A stretch of 64,000 bases of DNA, taken from positions 23,903 to 87,902 of the forward strand of contig JBEVGU010000038.1 in NCBI GenBank assembly GCA_040511595.1, written 5' to 3'. Source of the DNA: Actinomycetota bacterium. Its GTDB lineage: Bacteria > Actinomycetota > UBA4738 > HRBIN12. How positions within the stretch are numbered: position 1 is the stretch's first letter; each line of letters begins with the position of its first letter. This document shows positions 9,691 to 18,879 of this stretch, piece after piece. A program made the position numbers and the translations under genes. The notes beneath the pieces are model-generated. The model was not told the DNA's origin. It searched no databases and was given only the letters and a program-made list of their open reading frames with translations.

Positions 9691-10581
9691 GTGAACGAGC
9701 ACGATCGGCTCGTCGATCGAGCCGCGCGCGAAGCACGCACGGTGTTGTTCGTCGGTGGCCTGGATGCCGGCAAGAGCACCCTCGCGCGCGCCACGGCGGC
9801 GTTCGCGCTTCGCCTCGGCCGCACCGTTGCCTACCTCGATGCCGACGTGGCCCAGAAGACCGTGGGACCGCCCGCCACGGTGGGGCTCAAACACATCCAC
9901 ACGCCCGACGACCTCACGTTCGAACGCCTCTCGCAACCCGACGCACTCGGGTTCGTCGGGTCGACCGGTCCCCAAGGGCACGTGCTGCCGCTCGTGGGCG
10001 CCCTCGTCCGTCTGCGCGACAGGGGCCGAGCCGAGGGCGCCGACCTGATCGTGGTCGACACGAGCGCGATGGTGAGCGGCATCTGGGGCCAGCTCGTGAA
10101 GTACTACAAGGTCGACCTGCTCGAGCCCGACCTCGTCGTGGGACTGCAGCGGGGGGAGGAGCTCGAACCCGTGCTGGGGGTGATCCAGCGCTTCTTCGGG
10201 GTCGAGCTCGCGACCCTGCCCGTGCATCCGAAGGTCGTGACCACCGGTGTCGACCACCGGTCCGAGCAGCGTGAGCGGGCCATGGCCGGCTACTTCGCAG
10301 GTGAGCTGCAACGCTTTCGAGTGAAACCCACCGTGTTCATGCCGACCCTGCCGCCCCTGTTCGATCTGCGTGAGCTCGACCGGTTGCTGGTCGGTCTGTC
10401 CGACGGCGCCGGCGGGTTCACGGGTCTCGGCTACCTCGAGTACGTGCCCGAGGATCAAGGACTGCGGTTGATCTCGCCCGTGGCAGAGCCGCCGAAAGCG
10501 CTTAGACTGGGGTCCGTTCGTCTGGGGGAGACCTTCCGCGTCAAGCGTGTCGACCTCCGGAACCTCTTCGGAACCGAGTGA
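9691..10581 (+). CDS. Clp1-like P-loop polynucleotide kinase / NTPase family protein
   Basis: Walker A motif GGLDAGKSTLA and a Clp1_P-like architecture. Confidence 0.6.
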   Translation: MNEHDRLVDRAAREARTVLFVGGLDAGKSTLARATAAFALRLGRTVAYLDADVAQKTVGPPATVGLKHIHTPDDLTFERLSQPDALGFVGSTGPQGHVLPLVGALVRLRDRGRAEGADLIVVDTSAMVSGIWGQLVKYYKVDLLEPDLVVGLQRGEELEPVLGVIQRFFGVELATLPVHPKVVTTGVDHRSEQRERAMAGYFAGELQRFRVKPTVFMPTLPPLFDLRELDRLLVGLSDGAGGFTGLGYLEYVPEDQGLRLISPVAEPPKALRLGSVRLGETFRVKRVDLRNLFGTE

Positions 10582-10596
10582 AAGGCCTACCGCTTG

Positions 10597-10695
10597 CCGT
10601 CGCTGATCAAGAAGCGCCGCAAGAAGATGCGGAAGAAGAAGCACAAGAAGCTCCTGAAGCGCACGCGGCACCAGCGCATGAAGCTGGGTAAGTAA
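10597..10695 (+). CDS. 30S ribosomal protein bS22 (AURKAIP1/COX24-like 33-aa basic protein)
   Basis: TTG start. The product MPSLIKKRRKKMRKKKHKKLLKRTRHQRMKLGK matches the mycobacterial bS22 consensus ([33 protein letters not shown]) in length and sequence. It is below the ORF-track size cutoff. Confidence 0.8.
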   Translation, partial: PSLIKKRRKKMRKKKHKKLLKRTRHQRMKLGK

Positions 10696-10707
10696 GCGCG
10701 ACCGGCT

Positions 10708-11490
10708 GTGCACGCGCCCCGATCCCGGCTCGTCCGGCTCGCGGCCGCGATGTCGGTCGCGACCATCGTCCTCGTGGCCTGTGACGACGCGGATCCGTCC
10801 GCGCCGCCGGCCGGGTCCGAGGCCGTCTCCTTCACCACCGCCGACGGGGTCGAGATCGACGGACGGCTCTTCGGCGATCCGGGCTCTTCGGCCGGCGTGG
10901 TGCTCGCCCACATGCAACCCGCCGATCAGACGTCGTGGTACGGCTTCGCGGAGACTTTGGCCGACGAGGGCTACCGGGCGCTCACCTTCAACTTCCGCGG
11001 CTATTGCCCCGGCGGCGAAGCCGGGTGCTCCGGCGGCGAGACCGACCAGGCCCAGCTGTGGCAGGACGTGGAGGCGGCCGCTGGGTTCCTCCGCTCGAAG
11101 GGGGTGCCCAGGATCGGAGTGATCGGCGCCAGCATGGGCGGGACGGCCGCCCTGGTGGCGGCCTCTCAGCCGGGGTCTCGCATCGGCTCCGCCGCCACGC
11201 TCTCGGCGCCGATGTCGATCGGGGCGCTCACGGTGACGCCGGAGCAACTCTCGTCGACGGGCGCCGCCAAGCTCTTCGTCGCCGGCAACGGCGACGCCGT
11301 CGCGGCCGAGGCCGCGCAGCAGCTCTACGACCTGAGCATCCCGCCGAAGCGCGTGGAGATCTTCCCGTCGGAGGACCACGGCACCGACCTGCTCGAGGGC
11401 AACCAGGGCCCGAACGTGCGGCAACTGCTGCTGCGCTGGCTCGCGCAGTTCCTGCCCGAGGCCCCCGCCGGCGACGAGAGCTCGTCGTGA
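10708..11490 (+). CDS. alpha/beta-hydrolase-fold lipoprotein (dienelactone-hydrolase-like)
   Basis: Signal peptide with an LVAC lipobox. Nucleophile elbow GASMGG is present. Confidence 0.7.
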   Translation: MHAPRSRLVRLAAAMSVATIVLVACDDADPSAPPAGSEAVSFTTADGVEIDGRLFGDPGSSAGVVLAHMQPADQTSWYGFAETLADEGYRALTFNFRGYCPGGEAGCSGGETDQAQLWQDVEAAAGFLRSKGVPRIGVIGASMGGTAALVAASQPGSRIGSAATLSAPMSIGALTVTPEQLSSTGAAKLFVAGNGDAVAAEAAQQLYDLSIPPKRVEIFPSEDHGTDLLEGNQGPNVRQLLLRWLAQFLPEAPAGDESSS

Positions 11491-12272
11491 CGCGGCCGAT
11501 CGTCTTCTGCACGGACTACGGGCTCGCCGACGTGTTCGTGGGAGTCTGCCACGGGGTCATGGCCGCGATCGCGCCGGACTCCCGAGTGATCGACCTCACC
11601 CACTCCGTGCCGCGACAGGACGTGGTGCGCGGCGCCGTCGCGATCGGACGCGCCACCCCCTTCATGCCCGCGGACGCCGTCTACGTGGCCGTCGTCGACC
11701 CCGGCGTGGGCTCGGAGCGCCACCCGATCGCCCTCCGCGCGGCGACGGGAGCCCTGCTCGTCGGACCAGACAACGGCGTGCTCTCGCTCGCGTGGGCGTC
11801 GCTCGGCGGGATCGAGGCGGCCGTCACGATCGAGGATCATCGGGTGATGCTGCATCCCGTGTCGACGACGTTCCATGGACGCGATGTCTTCGCCCCGACA
11901 GGAGCCCATCTCGCCGGCGGGTTCCCGCTCGAGGAGGTGGGGCCGTCGATCGAGCCCGATGCGCTGTCGATGGTCGACATGCCCGCACCGATGGTCACGC
12001 CCGGCGCGGTCGGGACTCGGGTGGTCGACGTCGACGCGTTCGGCAACGTGCAGCTGAGCGCCCGCCCGGTCGATCTCGACGCCGCGGACCTCGGCAATCC
12101 ACTCGGCATAGCAGGGCGACAGGTACCGCTCGTCTCGACCTTCGCCGACGTACCCGAAGGCGTGCTCGCCGCGATCATCGACTCCCAGGGCTCCATCGCC
12201 CTCATCGTGAACCGGGGGAGCGCAGCCCAGATGCTGAATCTCCGCGTGGGCAGCAGCGTGGTCCTGGAGTGA
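11487..12272 (+). CDS. SAM hydroxide adenosyltransferase family protein (DUF62)
   Basis: GTGA overlap with the upstream gene. Contains VVDPGVG and the FHGRDVFAP motif of the DUF62 family. Confidence 0.75.
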   Translation: MTRPIVFCTDYGLADVFVGVCHGVMAAIAPDSRVIDLTHSVPRQDVVRGAVAIGRATPFMPADAVYVAVVDPGVGSERHPIALRAATGALLVGPDNGVLSLAWASLGGIEAAVTIEDHRVMLHPVSTTFHGRDVFAPTGAHLAGGFPLEEVGPSIEPDALSMVDMPAPMVTPGAVGTRVVDVDAFGNVQLSARPVDLDAADLGNPLGIAGRQVPLVSTFADVPEGVLAAIIDSQGSIALIVNRGSAAQMLNLRVGSSVVLE

Positions 12273-12280
12273 GGTGATCT

Positions 12281-12440
12281 CAGGCCGAGGCCGATGCCGA
12301 GGCGCTCGGCAGCTGGCCGGGGCTCGCCGGCCCGGGCAAGGGTTGGTCCGCGTCGCCGCTCGCGATCACGAACTGGGCGACCGCCGCCGCGACGATCAGC
12401 ACGAACAGGACGACGATCATGAGGAAGGTCGGCCTGCGCA
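12281..12440 (-). CDS. small single-TM membrane protein (53 aa), hypothetical
   Basis: ATG start. The hydrophobic core MIVVLFVLIVAAAVAQFVIA is followed by an Ala/Ser/Pro tail. Confidence 0.2.
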
Positions 12441-12475
12441 TCTCGGGCCGAGGCTAGCAGGCGCCCAAGGGGCCT

Positions 12476-13297
12476 TTACGGAGCGTCGTGCACGCCCGAA
12501 CCGAGGGCCCCTTCGGCGCGCTCGCGCATCTGTACCATCACGGCTCGAAGACGCGCCGGGTCGGTGAGGTACGTGCGCAGGTCGACCTCGAGCGAGACCG
12601 CTCCTCGGTAGCCGTCGGCCGCGAGTACGTCACAGAACGCGTCGAGGTCGAGCACTCCCTGCCCAGGCGGCAGGTGGGAGTCCCAGCCCTTCCCCGCGTT
12701 GTCGGATAGGTGCACGTGCCGGAGCCGGTCGCCGAACCGGCGGCGGACCTCGATCGGGTCGTGCCCGGCGACCGCGGCGTGACTCGTGTCGAGCACGAGG
12801 TGCGGCAACCCTTCGAGCTCCTCGAGATCCTGGTTCGCGTGGAGCGTGACGCTCCGTCGCCCCATGCGCAGGGGGAACATGTTCTCGATGGCGACCGTGA
12901 CGCCGGTGCGCTGTTCCAGGACCGGAAGCTCCTCGACGAGCCATCGCCGGTACGCCGATTGCCACCGGAACGGCGGGTGCATCACGACCGTCGGCACCTC
13001 GGCCTGCTCGGCGACCTGGATCGCCCGGTCGATCTTGCCGATCGGATCCGTGCCCCAGACCTTCCTGGTCACGAGGAGGGCCGGCGCGTGGATCGCGCCG
13101 ATCGTGAGGCCGTGCTCCTTCGCCAGCGCCCGCATGCGGTCGGGGTCCTGGCTTGCGGGGTCCTTCGTGACCATCACCTCGACGCCGGTGTATCCGGTCT
13201 CGGCCACGATGCGGAACGTGTTCGAGAGCGGCCGGGCGAAGAACGCGGCGGAGGAGAAGAGCAGGTGGGGAATGGTCACGACCTCCATCGTAGGCAA
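12476..13297 (-). CDS. sugar-phosphate isomerase/epimerase (xylose-isomerase-like TIM barrel)
   Basis: TIM-barrel family pattern with HAP, ENM and HLSD metal-ligand motifs. Confidence 0.75.
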   Translation of the reverse strand: MPTMEVVTIPHLLFSSAAFFARPLSNTFRIVAETGYTGVEVMVTKDPASQDPDRMRALAKEHGLTIGAIHAPALLVTRKVWGTDPIGKIDRAIQVAEQAEVPTVVMHPPFRWQSAYRRWLVEELPVLEQRTGVTVAIENMFPLRMGRRSVTLHANQDLEELEGLPHLVLDTSHAAVAGHDPIEVRRRFGDRLRHVHLSDNAGKGWDSHLPPGQGVLDLDAFCDVLAADGYRGAVSLEVDLRTYLTDPARLRAVMVQMRERAEGALGSGVHDAP

Positions 13298-13344
13298 CGG
13301 GGAGCCCCGGCGTCGCCCCGAGGTGGCCCCCGTATGCTGGGCCC

Positions 13345-14052
13345 ATGTGGGTGTTCCCGCTGGTCGCCGCCGTGGTCGCCGTGGTCTTCGCCGGCCTCGT
13401 CACGAGGCAGTACCTCGCCCGCCGCCGCCCGTACCAACTCGCCTGGGCGCTCTCGCTCGTGATGTACGCGGTGGCTTCGGCCGCCGTCGTGCTCGGAGCC
13501 TCGGGGGGCTGGACCCCCGGAGAGTTCAAGCTCTACTGGGCCCTCGGGGCGGTGTTGAACGTGCCGTTCCTCGCCGGAGGCGAGCTGATGCTGCTGGTCC
13601 GCAACCGCGTGTTCCAGGCCGGCGTGTGGGTCGTGCTCGTGTTCGTGACCGCCTACACCGTGTCGGTCCTGAGGGGCGCGTCGCTCGATGCGGCGGCGCT
13701 CACTACGGACCTGCCGTCGGGCAAACTCGTGTTCGGCGACGGTTCGGCGGCGCACCGGCTGCCGCAGCTGATCTCGATCCCCTCGTACCTCGTGCTGCTC
13801 GGGGGCGCCCTGTGGTCGGCCTGGCGCCTGCGGGGGCGCCGCGAGCTCCGCGACCGGTTCGTCGGCACCCTGTTGATCGTCCTCGGCGCGAGCGTCATCG
13901 CGGGGTTCGGTTCCGCGTTCGCGGCGCTGGGGTACCTGGCGTCGTTCTCGGTGGCGCTGGCGGTGGGCATCGTGGTGATGTTCCTGGGGTTCCTGCGCGC
14001 AAGCCGGCCGGCTATCGCGCCGGCCGAGAGGGCGTCGGAGCCTGTCTTCTGA
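13345..14052 (+). CDS. integral membrane protein, hypothetical
   Basis: About six hydrophobic helices. Confidence 0.55.
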   Translation: MWVFPLVAAVVAVVFAGLVTRQYLARRRPYQLAWALSLVMYAVASAAVVLGASGGWTPGEFKLYWALGAVLNVPFLAGGELMLLVRNRVFQAGVWVVLVFVTAYTVSVLRGASLDAAALTTDLPSGKLVFGDGSAAHRLPQLISIPSYLVLLGGALWSAWRLRGRRELRDRFVGTLLIVLGASVIAGFGSAFAALGYLASFSVALAVGIVVMFLGFLRASRPAIAPAERASEPVF

Positions 14053-14059
14053 TGCCGGA

Positions 14060-14827
14060 TCAGGCGGCGGCGGAGGTGCCCGACTCCGAGGCGCGCCACT
14101 GCACGTCGGTCGGGGCGTCGGCGGGAGCGTCGGCCGGCTCGATCGAGATCCACAGGTCGTCGTAGCTGCTGGGGTCGAACGGCACCACCAGGAACACGCG
14201 GCCGGCATCGGGCAGGAAGTCGACCACGAAGGTCGGCGTGCCGCCCGACACGAGCCACACCCGATAGACCAGCCCCGCGGGCGGGGAGGGCACGCCCTCG
14301 CCCATGACGTAGAACTCCTCTTCGCCGGGGGCCGAGACCTCGTTCACCGGACCGACGGGCACGAGGCGGGCGTCGGGGCGCTGTGCGATCAGGGCTGCGT
14401 TCGCGAGCGCGTCGGCCCGTCCGTCGGCGTTGTTGGCCCGGATGTTCTGGCTGACCGTGAGGCCGGCGAGGCCCACCACCACGGCGACCCCGGCGGCCAC
14501 GGCGAACATCTGCATCGGCCTGCGGCGGGGTGCCGGCGGCTCGAGCTCGTGGTGCAGGCGGGGCAGCAGCGTCTCGGGCGGCGCGATCGGCTCGGCCGCG
14601 AACGCGAGGTCGGCCGAGATCTGCTGGAAGGTCGCGAGCGAGTCACGACAGGCGCCGCATCCGGGCACGTGCTCGGAGAGCAGCCGGTCGGCCTCGGCGG
14701 CGTCGTCGCCGGAGAGGCTGCGCAGCACGTAGCCGGCCAGCAGCTCCTCGATATGCTCGTGGTCCTCGATCACTCGGTCCTCCGGGTCCTGGGGCGATCC
14801 ATGGGGCGGTTCATGGGGCGGTTTCAT
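14060..14827 (-). CDS. rskA: anti-sigma-K factor RskA (zinc-finger anti-sigma)
   Basis: N-terminal HxxxCxxC zinc motif (HVPGCGACRD), a single TM helix and a C-terminal RskA domain. ATGA overlap with sigK. Confidence 0.8.
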   Translation of the reverse strand: MKPPHEPPHGSPQDPEDRVIEDHEHIEELLAGYVLRSLSGDDAAEADRLLSEHVPGCGACRDSLATFQQISADLAFAAEPIAPPETLLPRLHHELEPPAPRRRPMQMFAVAAGVAVVVGLAGLTVSQNIRANNADGRADALANAALIAQRPDARLVPVGPVNEVSAPGEEEFYVMGEGVPSPPAGLVYRVWLVSGGTPTFVVDFLPDAGRVFLVVPFDPSSYDDLWISIEPADAPADAPTDVQWRASESGTSAAA

Positions 14828-15387
14828 GGGCGGTCGAGCACCCCTCTGAGCTTGCGCATCGCCGCCAAGGTGCGGGTCTTGACGGTGCCGAGGGGGATCT
14901 GTAGTCGTTCGGCGATCTGCACCTGCGTCGATCCGTCGAAATACGCCATCTCGAGCACCTGTCGTTGTTCCGGGGGGAGCGTCTCGAGCGCCGCACGGAC
15001 CTCGAGCCGCCGATCGGCCACGTCGGCCGCGTCGGCTACGCCCTCCGCTGGGTCTTCGACGGCCAGCGGCTCGAGGTTCGCCGCTCGTTGCTGGCGGGCC
15101 CGGATGCGTTCTTCGCGTCGCACGGTGTCGACCGCCCGATGGTGCACGAGCGAGAGGAAGAACGTGCGGAAGGCGCCCCGTGCCGGGTCGAACGCCTCGG
15201 GCGCCCGCCAGAGCGCCATGAACGCGTCGTGCACGACGTCCTGCGCGAGCAGCTGCTGCCCGGTGATGCGATATGCGAGCCCGTACGATGACGCGGAGTA
15301 CCGACGGTACAGCTCGTCGAAGGCCAAGCGATCCCCGTCGATGAGGCGGCGGTGCAGCTCCAGATCGTCGCGATCGCCCTCGCGCAT
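14824..15387 (-). CDS. sigK: ECF RNA polymerase sigma factor SigK
   Basis: Sigma-70 regions 2 and 4 (DVVHDAFMALW; QIAERLQIPLGTVKTR). Confidence 0.85.
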   Translation of the reverse strand: MREGDRDDLELHRRLIDGDRLAFDELYRRYSASSYGLAYRITGQQLLAQDVVHDAFMALWRAPEAFDPARGAFRTFFLSLVHHRAVDTVRREERIRARQQRAANLEPLAVEDPAEGVADAADVADRRLEVRAALETLPPEQRQVLEMAYFDGSTQVQIAERLQIPLGTVKTRTLAAMRKLRGVLDRP

Positions 15388-15462
15388 GGGGCGTATCCTC
15401 CCAGACGTCCCCGGCCAGACCTCTCCGGCGGAACCCCGCGGCCCCCGGTACGCTCTGCGCCG

Positions 15463-15705
15463 ATGACGCTCCCGAAGGTCGTGCTGTACTCCCGCCCGGG
15501 CTGTCACCTCTGCGACGAGGCCCGCGAGGTGGTCCTCGCCGAGCGGTGCACGACGCCATTCGAGCTCGAGGAGATCGACATCGAGACCGATGACGCGCTG
15601 CTGCTCGACTACGGCATGAGGATCCCCGTGGTCACGATCGGTGGTGACGAGGCGTTCGAGTACACCGTCGATGCCCGGGCCTTCGCGGAACTCGTTCGAG
15701 GCTGA
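15463..15705 (+). CDS. glutaredoxin-like protein (DUF836/Grx2 family)
   Basis: Thioredoxin-fold CHLC redox motif in YSRPGCHLCDEA. Confidence 0.7.
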   Translation: MTLPKVVLYSRPGCHLCDEAREVVLAERCTTPFELEEIDIETDDALLLDYGMRIPVVTIGGDEAFEYTVDARAFAELVRG

Positions 15706-15785
15706 CAGGGAAGGCCGTGGCTCCCCGCTTGTGACCTTGTGAACGGTGCGAGGCCGAGCTAGGCTGAAGCCATGCAGCGGAGCGC

Positions 15786-16478
15786 ATGCCGATGGTGAGG
15801 GATCGGTCGATCCCGGAGGCCACGGTGGGCCGACTCCCCCTCTACCTGCGAGCGCTGGTCGACCTGGCCGAGGCCGGCGCAGGCACGGTCTCGAGCGACG
15901 AGCTGGCCGAGGCGGCCGGCGTGAACTCCGCGAAGGTTCGCAAAGACCTGTCGCACCTCGGCTCGTACGGCACGAGAGGCGTCGGCTACGACGTCGCATA
16001 CCTGATCCATCAGATCCGGCGGGAGCTCGGTCTCACGCAGCACTGGGCGATCGTCATCGTCGGCATCGGCAACCTCGGCCATGCCCTCGCGAACTACGGT
16101 GGGTTCGCCGAGCGAGGGTTCCGGATCGCGGCGCTCGTGGACGTCGACGACGCTCGCGTGGGCGAGCAGGTGGGCGAACTGCGGATCGAGCATGTCGACT
16201 CGCTGTCACGCCTGGTCGAGGAGCTCGACATCGCGATCGGCGTCATCGCGACCCCCGCGACGGCGGCCCAAGAGGTGGCCGACGGTCTCACGGAGGCCGG
16301 TGTGCGATCGATCCTGAACTTCGCGCCCGCGATGATCGCCGTGCCTCCCGGGGTGTCGGTCCGCAAGGTCGATCTCGCGATCGAGCTCCAGATCCTCGCG
16401 TTCTACGAGCAGCGAAAGGCCACCCTCGCCGACGTGAAGCGGCGAGGCCGCGCCGTGGCAGACGTCACCCGCGCATGA
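15786..16478 (+). CDS. rex: redox-sensing transcriptional repressor Rex
   Basis: Winged-helix N-terminus plus Rossmann fold (VIVGIGNLG). Confidence 0.9.
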   Translation: MPMVRDRSIPEATVGRLPLYLRALVDLAEAGAGTVSSDELAEAAGVNSAKVRKDLSHLGSYGTRGVGYDVAYLIHQIRRELGLTQHWAIVIVGIGNLGHALANYGGFAERGFRIAALVDVDDARVGEQVGELRIEHVDSLSRLVEELDIAIGVIATPATAAQEVADGLTEAGVRSILNFAPAMIAVPPGVSVRKVDLAIELQILAFYEQRKATLADVKRRGRAVADVTRA

Positions 16479-16499
16479 AGCGAGCATGGCGTCGCGCCG

Positions 16500-16613
16500 C
16501 TACTTCGAGATCGTGACCCAGAGGGCGATGAAGACGACGATGATCATGATGCCCATCAGGATGAACTGCACGCTTCCCTGTTCGAGCAGCGGGACCTCGA
16601 TGTTGGCGATCAT
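16500..16613 (-). CDS. 37-aa hydrophobic micro-protein, hypothetical
   Basis: Product MIANIEVPLLEQGSVQFILMGIMIIVVFIALWVTISK. It lies at the distal end of the b6c operon. Confidence 0.25.
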   Translation of the reverse strand: MIANIEVPLLEQGSVQFILMGIMIIVVFIALWVTISK

Positions 16614-16640
16614 GTGTTCGTCCTTCCCTGATGAGGTTGC

Positions 16641-17390
16641 CTAGGCCGGCCCGTACCAGGCGGGCGCGCCGCCACCGGTGAGGAACTCCTTGCGCTTCTT
16701 CTCGGCGCGATCGAGCAACGGCAGGAAGATCAGGAACGCCACGATCGAGCCGCCCAGGAACATGTAGGAGTAGCGAGGCACGCTGCCGGAGTCGAAGTAG
16801 AGCGAGACCGTCCACAGGGGACCGCCGCCGGTGAAGTGCGACTGCACGACGGCGAGCTTCGTGCCGTCGTCCTCGTTCGCGAACCTGATCGAGTCGATCG
16901 CGAACTGGGTGCCCTGGATCGCGGTGGGGTCGGTCTCTGCGACCCCGAGCTCCTCGTTCGTCTTCTCCGCGAGGAACGTCGTCACGGCGCCGCTGGCGCT
17001 CTGCACGTCGGCCGACTGCTCGGTGTTGGCCGGGTCGGGCACGGCCCATGGGTCACCCGGCCAGCTCGAGTACGTCTCGAAGCGGTTCGACGTCTCGTCG
17101 ACCGCGGCCTCGACCGCGACCCATGCCGGCTCCGACCCGCGTGGCCCGAGGTTCGTGGGGGTCTCGATACCCTGGGACCAGAAGCCGAAGAGCCAGAGCG
17201 CGGAGAGCATGACCATCCAGCCCGAGAACGACACCGCGAGCACGAGGAAGCCGAGCCAGCGCCCGACGATCGCGATCAGCAGCACGTACACGCTGAAGAT
17301 GAACAGCGTGAAGCCCATGATCGTGACGCCGGCACCCTTCCACAGGGTGCCGCACTCGACCGCGAACCCGAGGCAGCTGTGCTGCTCCAT
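16641..17390 (-). CDS. membrane protein associated with the b6c operon, hypothetical
   Basis: Two N-terminal TM helices, an extracytoplasmic domain and a C-terminal TM helix. Its start abuts the cytochrome c stop. Confidence 0.6.
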   Translation of the reverse strand: MEQHSCLGFAVECGTLWKGAGVTIMGFTLFIFSVYVLLIAIVGRWLGFLVLAVSFSGWMVMLSALWLFGFWSQGIETPTNLGPRGSEPAWVAVEAAVDETSNRFETYSSWPGDPWAVPDPANTEQSADVQSASGAVTTFLAEKTNEELGVAETDPTAIQGTQFAIDSIRFANEDDGTKLAVVQSHFTGGGPLWTVSLYFDSGSVPRYSYMFLGGSIVAFLIFLPLLDRAEKKRKEFLTGGGAPAWYGPA

Positions 17391-18125
17391 CTACGGGTCC
17401 CTCGGGTTCAGGTCGGTCTCGGCGAGCGCCCGGGCCGAGGCCTCGGGGTTCAAGCACACGTTGTCTTCGAACGGCACGTTCTCGGAGCTCATCTTGACCA
17501 GGAAGACGACGAGGTCGTTGATCTGCTGGTCGTTGAGGGCGCCCTGGAACCTGATGCTCCACGACGGCATCACCGGCCGTTCCGGCGGGCGGCCTTCCTC
17601 GATGACCTGATAGATGTCGTCCTGGGAGAGGATCGCCGGGTGTGGCGGATCCCCGAAGGGGCCGGCGCAGATGTTGGTGAGGTTCGGGGGGTGTGCGATC
17701 GTGTCGCCCGCCTGGATCACGCCGCCGCGGAGCTCGGGTCCGTGGCATCGCACGCACCCGACGCCGAGCTGGTTCTCCTCGGAGAAGTTCTGGACCGCGA
17801 GCTCGCCGCGGTCGAAGGCGAGCACCTCGAGATCCTCCTCCTGCTTCAGGTTCGTCGAGGGCTCGGTGAGCCAGCTGTACGGCACGAAGACCACGAAGAA
17901 GGCGACCAGCACCACGCCCCAGCCCTGCAGCTTCTGCAGCAGCGGGGTCTCGAGCGCTGCGTCGGCCGGGCCTGGGCGCATGCCGCGCGGGATGTCGACC
18001 GGCCGCTCCTTCTGGCGGCTGCGGAAGTAGAGCGCGGCCGCGGCCGCGGCCACGAAGATCGCGCCCAGCACGAGCAGCACGACGCCCGCTGTCGTCGTGG
18101 CGGCGAGCACGTTCGGCGCGAGCAT
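17391..18125 (-). CDS. membrane-anchored monoheme cytochrome c
   Basis: Single CVRCH heme-binding motif with a downstream Met ligand region. N-terminal TM anchor. Confidence 0.8.
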   Translation of the reverse strand: MLAPNVLAATTTAGVVLLVLGAIFVAAAAAALYFRSRQKERPVDIPRGMRPGPADAALETPLLQKLQGWGVVLVAFFVVFVPYSWLTEPSTNLKQEEDLEVLAFDRGELAVQNFSEENQLGVGCVRCHGPELRGGVIQAGDTIAHPPNLTNICAGPFGDPPHPAILSQDDIYQVIEEGRPPERPVMPSWSIRFQGALNDQQINDLVVFLVKMSSENVPFEDNVCLNPEASARALAETDLNPRDP

Positions 18126-18154
18126 CTCCGTCGTTCGTTCCTCCCCTCGAAGCC

Positions 18155-18874
18155 TCAGCCGGTCGCGACGCAGAACGGGCCCTGCGGCGGCTGATCGATC
18201 GTGTCGGTGCCGCGGGGCGGACCGAGGATCACCTCGGACGTGTCGACGACCACGCTGCCGTCGGTGATCTCGAGCATGAACCGGTCCATGCCTCGGGGCG
18301 CTGGGCCGAGCCGATACTCGCCGGCGCCGTTGTACTTCGAGCCGTGGCACGGGCATTCGAACCATCGTGAGGCCTGACAGAACGGCACCCGGCAGCCGAG
18401 GTGCACGCAGCGCTGGTACAGAGGCATGATGCCCTCGGCGGTGACCCCCTCGGTCGCGTAATCGACGTCGCCGCTCGGCGATCCGTTGTAGTTCACGACG
18501 TAGAAGCGGCCGGTGCCGTTGTAGGCCACGCCGTTGTCGTTGATCTCGGCCTTGATGTCGTCGATGTTGCCCGCGTCGACGAGCGATCCGAAGCCGCCCT
18601 TGAGGTTGGGCCACAGGAACGCGACCGTGGCCCCCCCGAACTGGGCGCCGAACACGAGCAACGACGTGAGCAGCGACCGACGGAAGAAGTCGCGACGCGA
18701 GAGCGACTTGACAGGCTTGCCGGCCACCTCGATCTGGCCGTCGGCAGTCTCGCGCGCGGCGCGGTTCGCCCGCGCGAAGGACAGGCCGAACACGATCGCG
18801 AAGATGTCGAGCACGATGAACGCGAGGATGGCCGCGACGAGCGGCGTCGAGATGCCGAGCAGGCCGAGCGGCAT
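18155..18874 (-). CDS. qcrA: Rieske [2Fe-2S] iron-sulfur subunit of the cytochrome bc complex
   Basis: Twin-arginine motif (SRRDFFRRS). Rieske boxes CVHLGC and CPCHGS. Confidence 0.9.
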   Translation of the reverse strand: MPLGLLGISTPLVAAILAFIVLDIFAIVFGLSFARANRAARETADGQIEVAGKPVKSLSRRDFFRRSLLTSLLVFGAQFGGATVAFLWPNLKGGFGSLVDAGNIDDIKAEINDNGVAYNGTGRFYVVNYNGSPSGDVDYATEGVTAEGIMPLYQRCVHLGCRVPFCQASRWFECPCHGSKYNGAGEYRLGPAPRGMDRFMLEITDGSVVVDTSEVILGPPRGTDTIDQPPQGPFCVATG

Positions 18875-18879
18875 GGTGC

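Noticed and set aside
9523-11424. 633-aa minus-strand ORF
   Set aside because: It is antisense to the Clp1-like, bS22, hydrolase and DUF62 genes. Its Arg/Gly/Pro/His-rich low-complexity composition is typical of high-GC shadow frames.
15728-15745. Rex autoregulatory operator upstream of rex
   Set aside because: It is only a direct-repeat-like pair of TTGTGA/TGTGAA half-sites, not the 7-4-7 palindrome. It is mentioned in the findings as weak and not listed as a feature.
17391-18125. Diheme QcrC-type cytochrome c expected for actinobacterial bcc complexes
   Set aside because: Only one CxxCH motif (CVRCH) is present. The protein is a monoheme membrane-anchored cytochrome c and was annotated as such.
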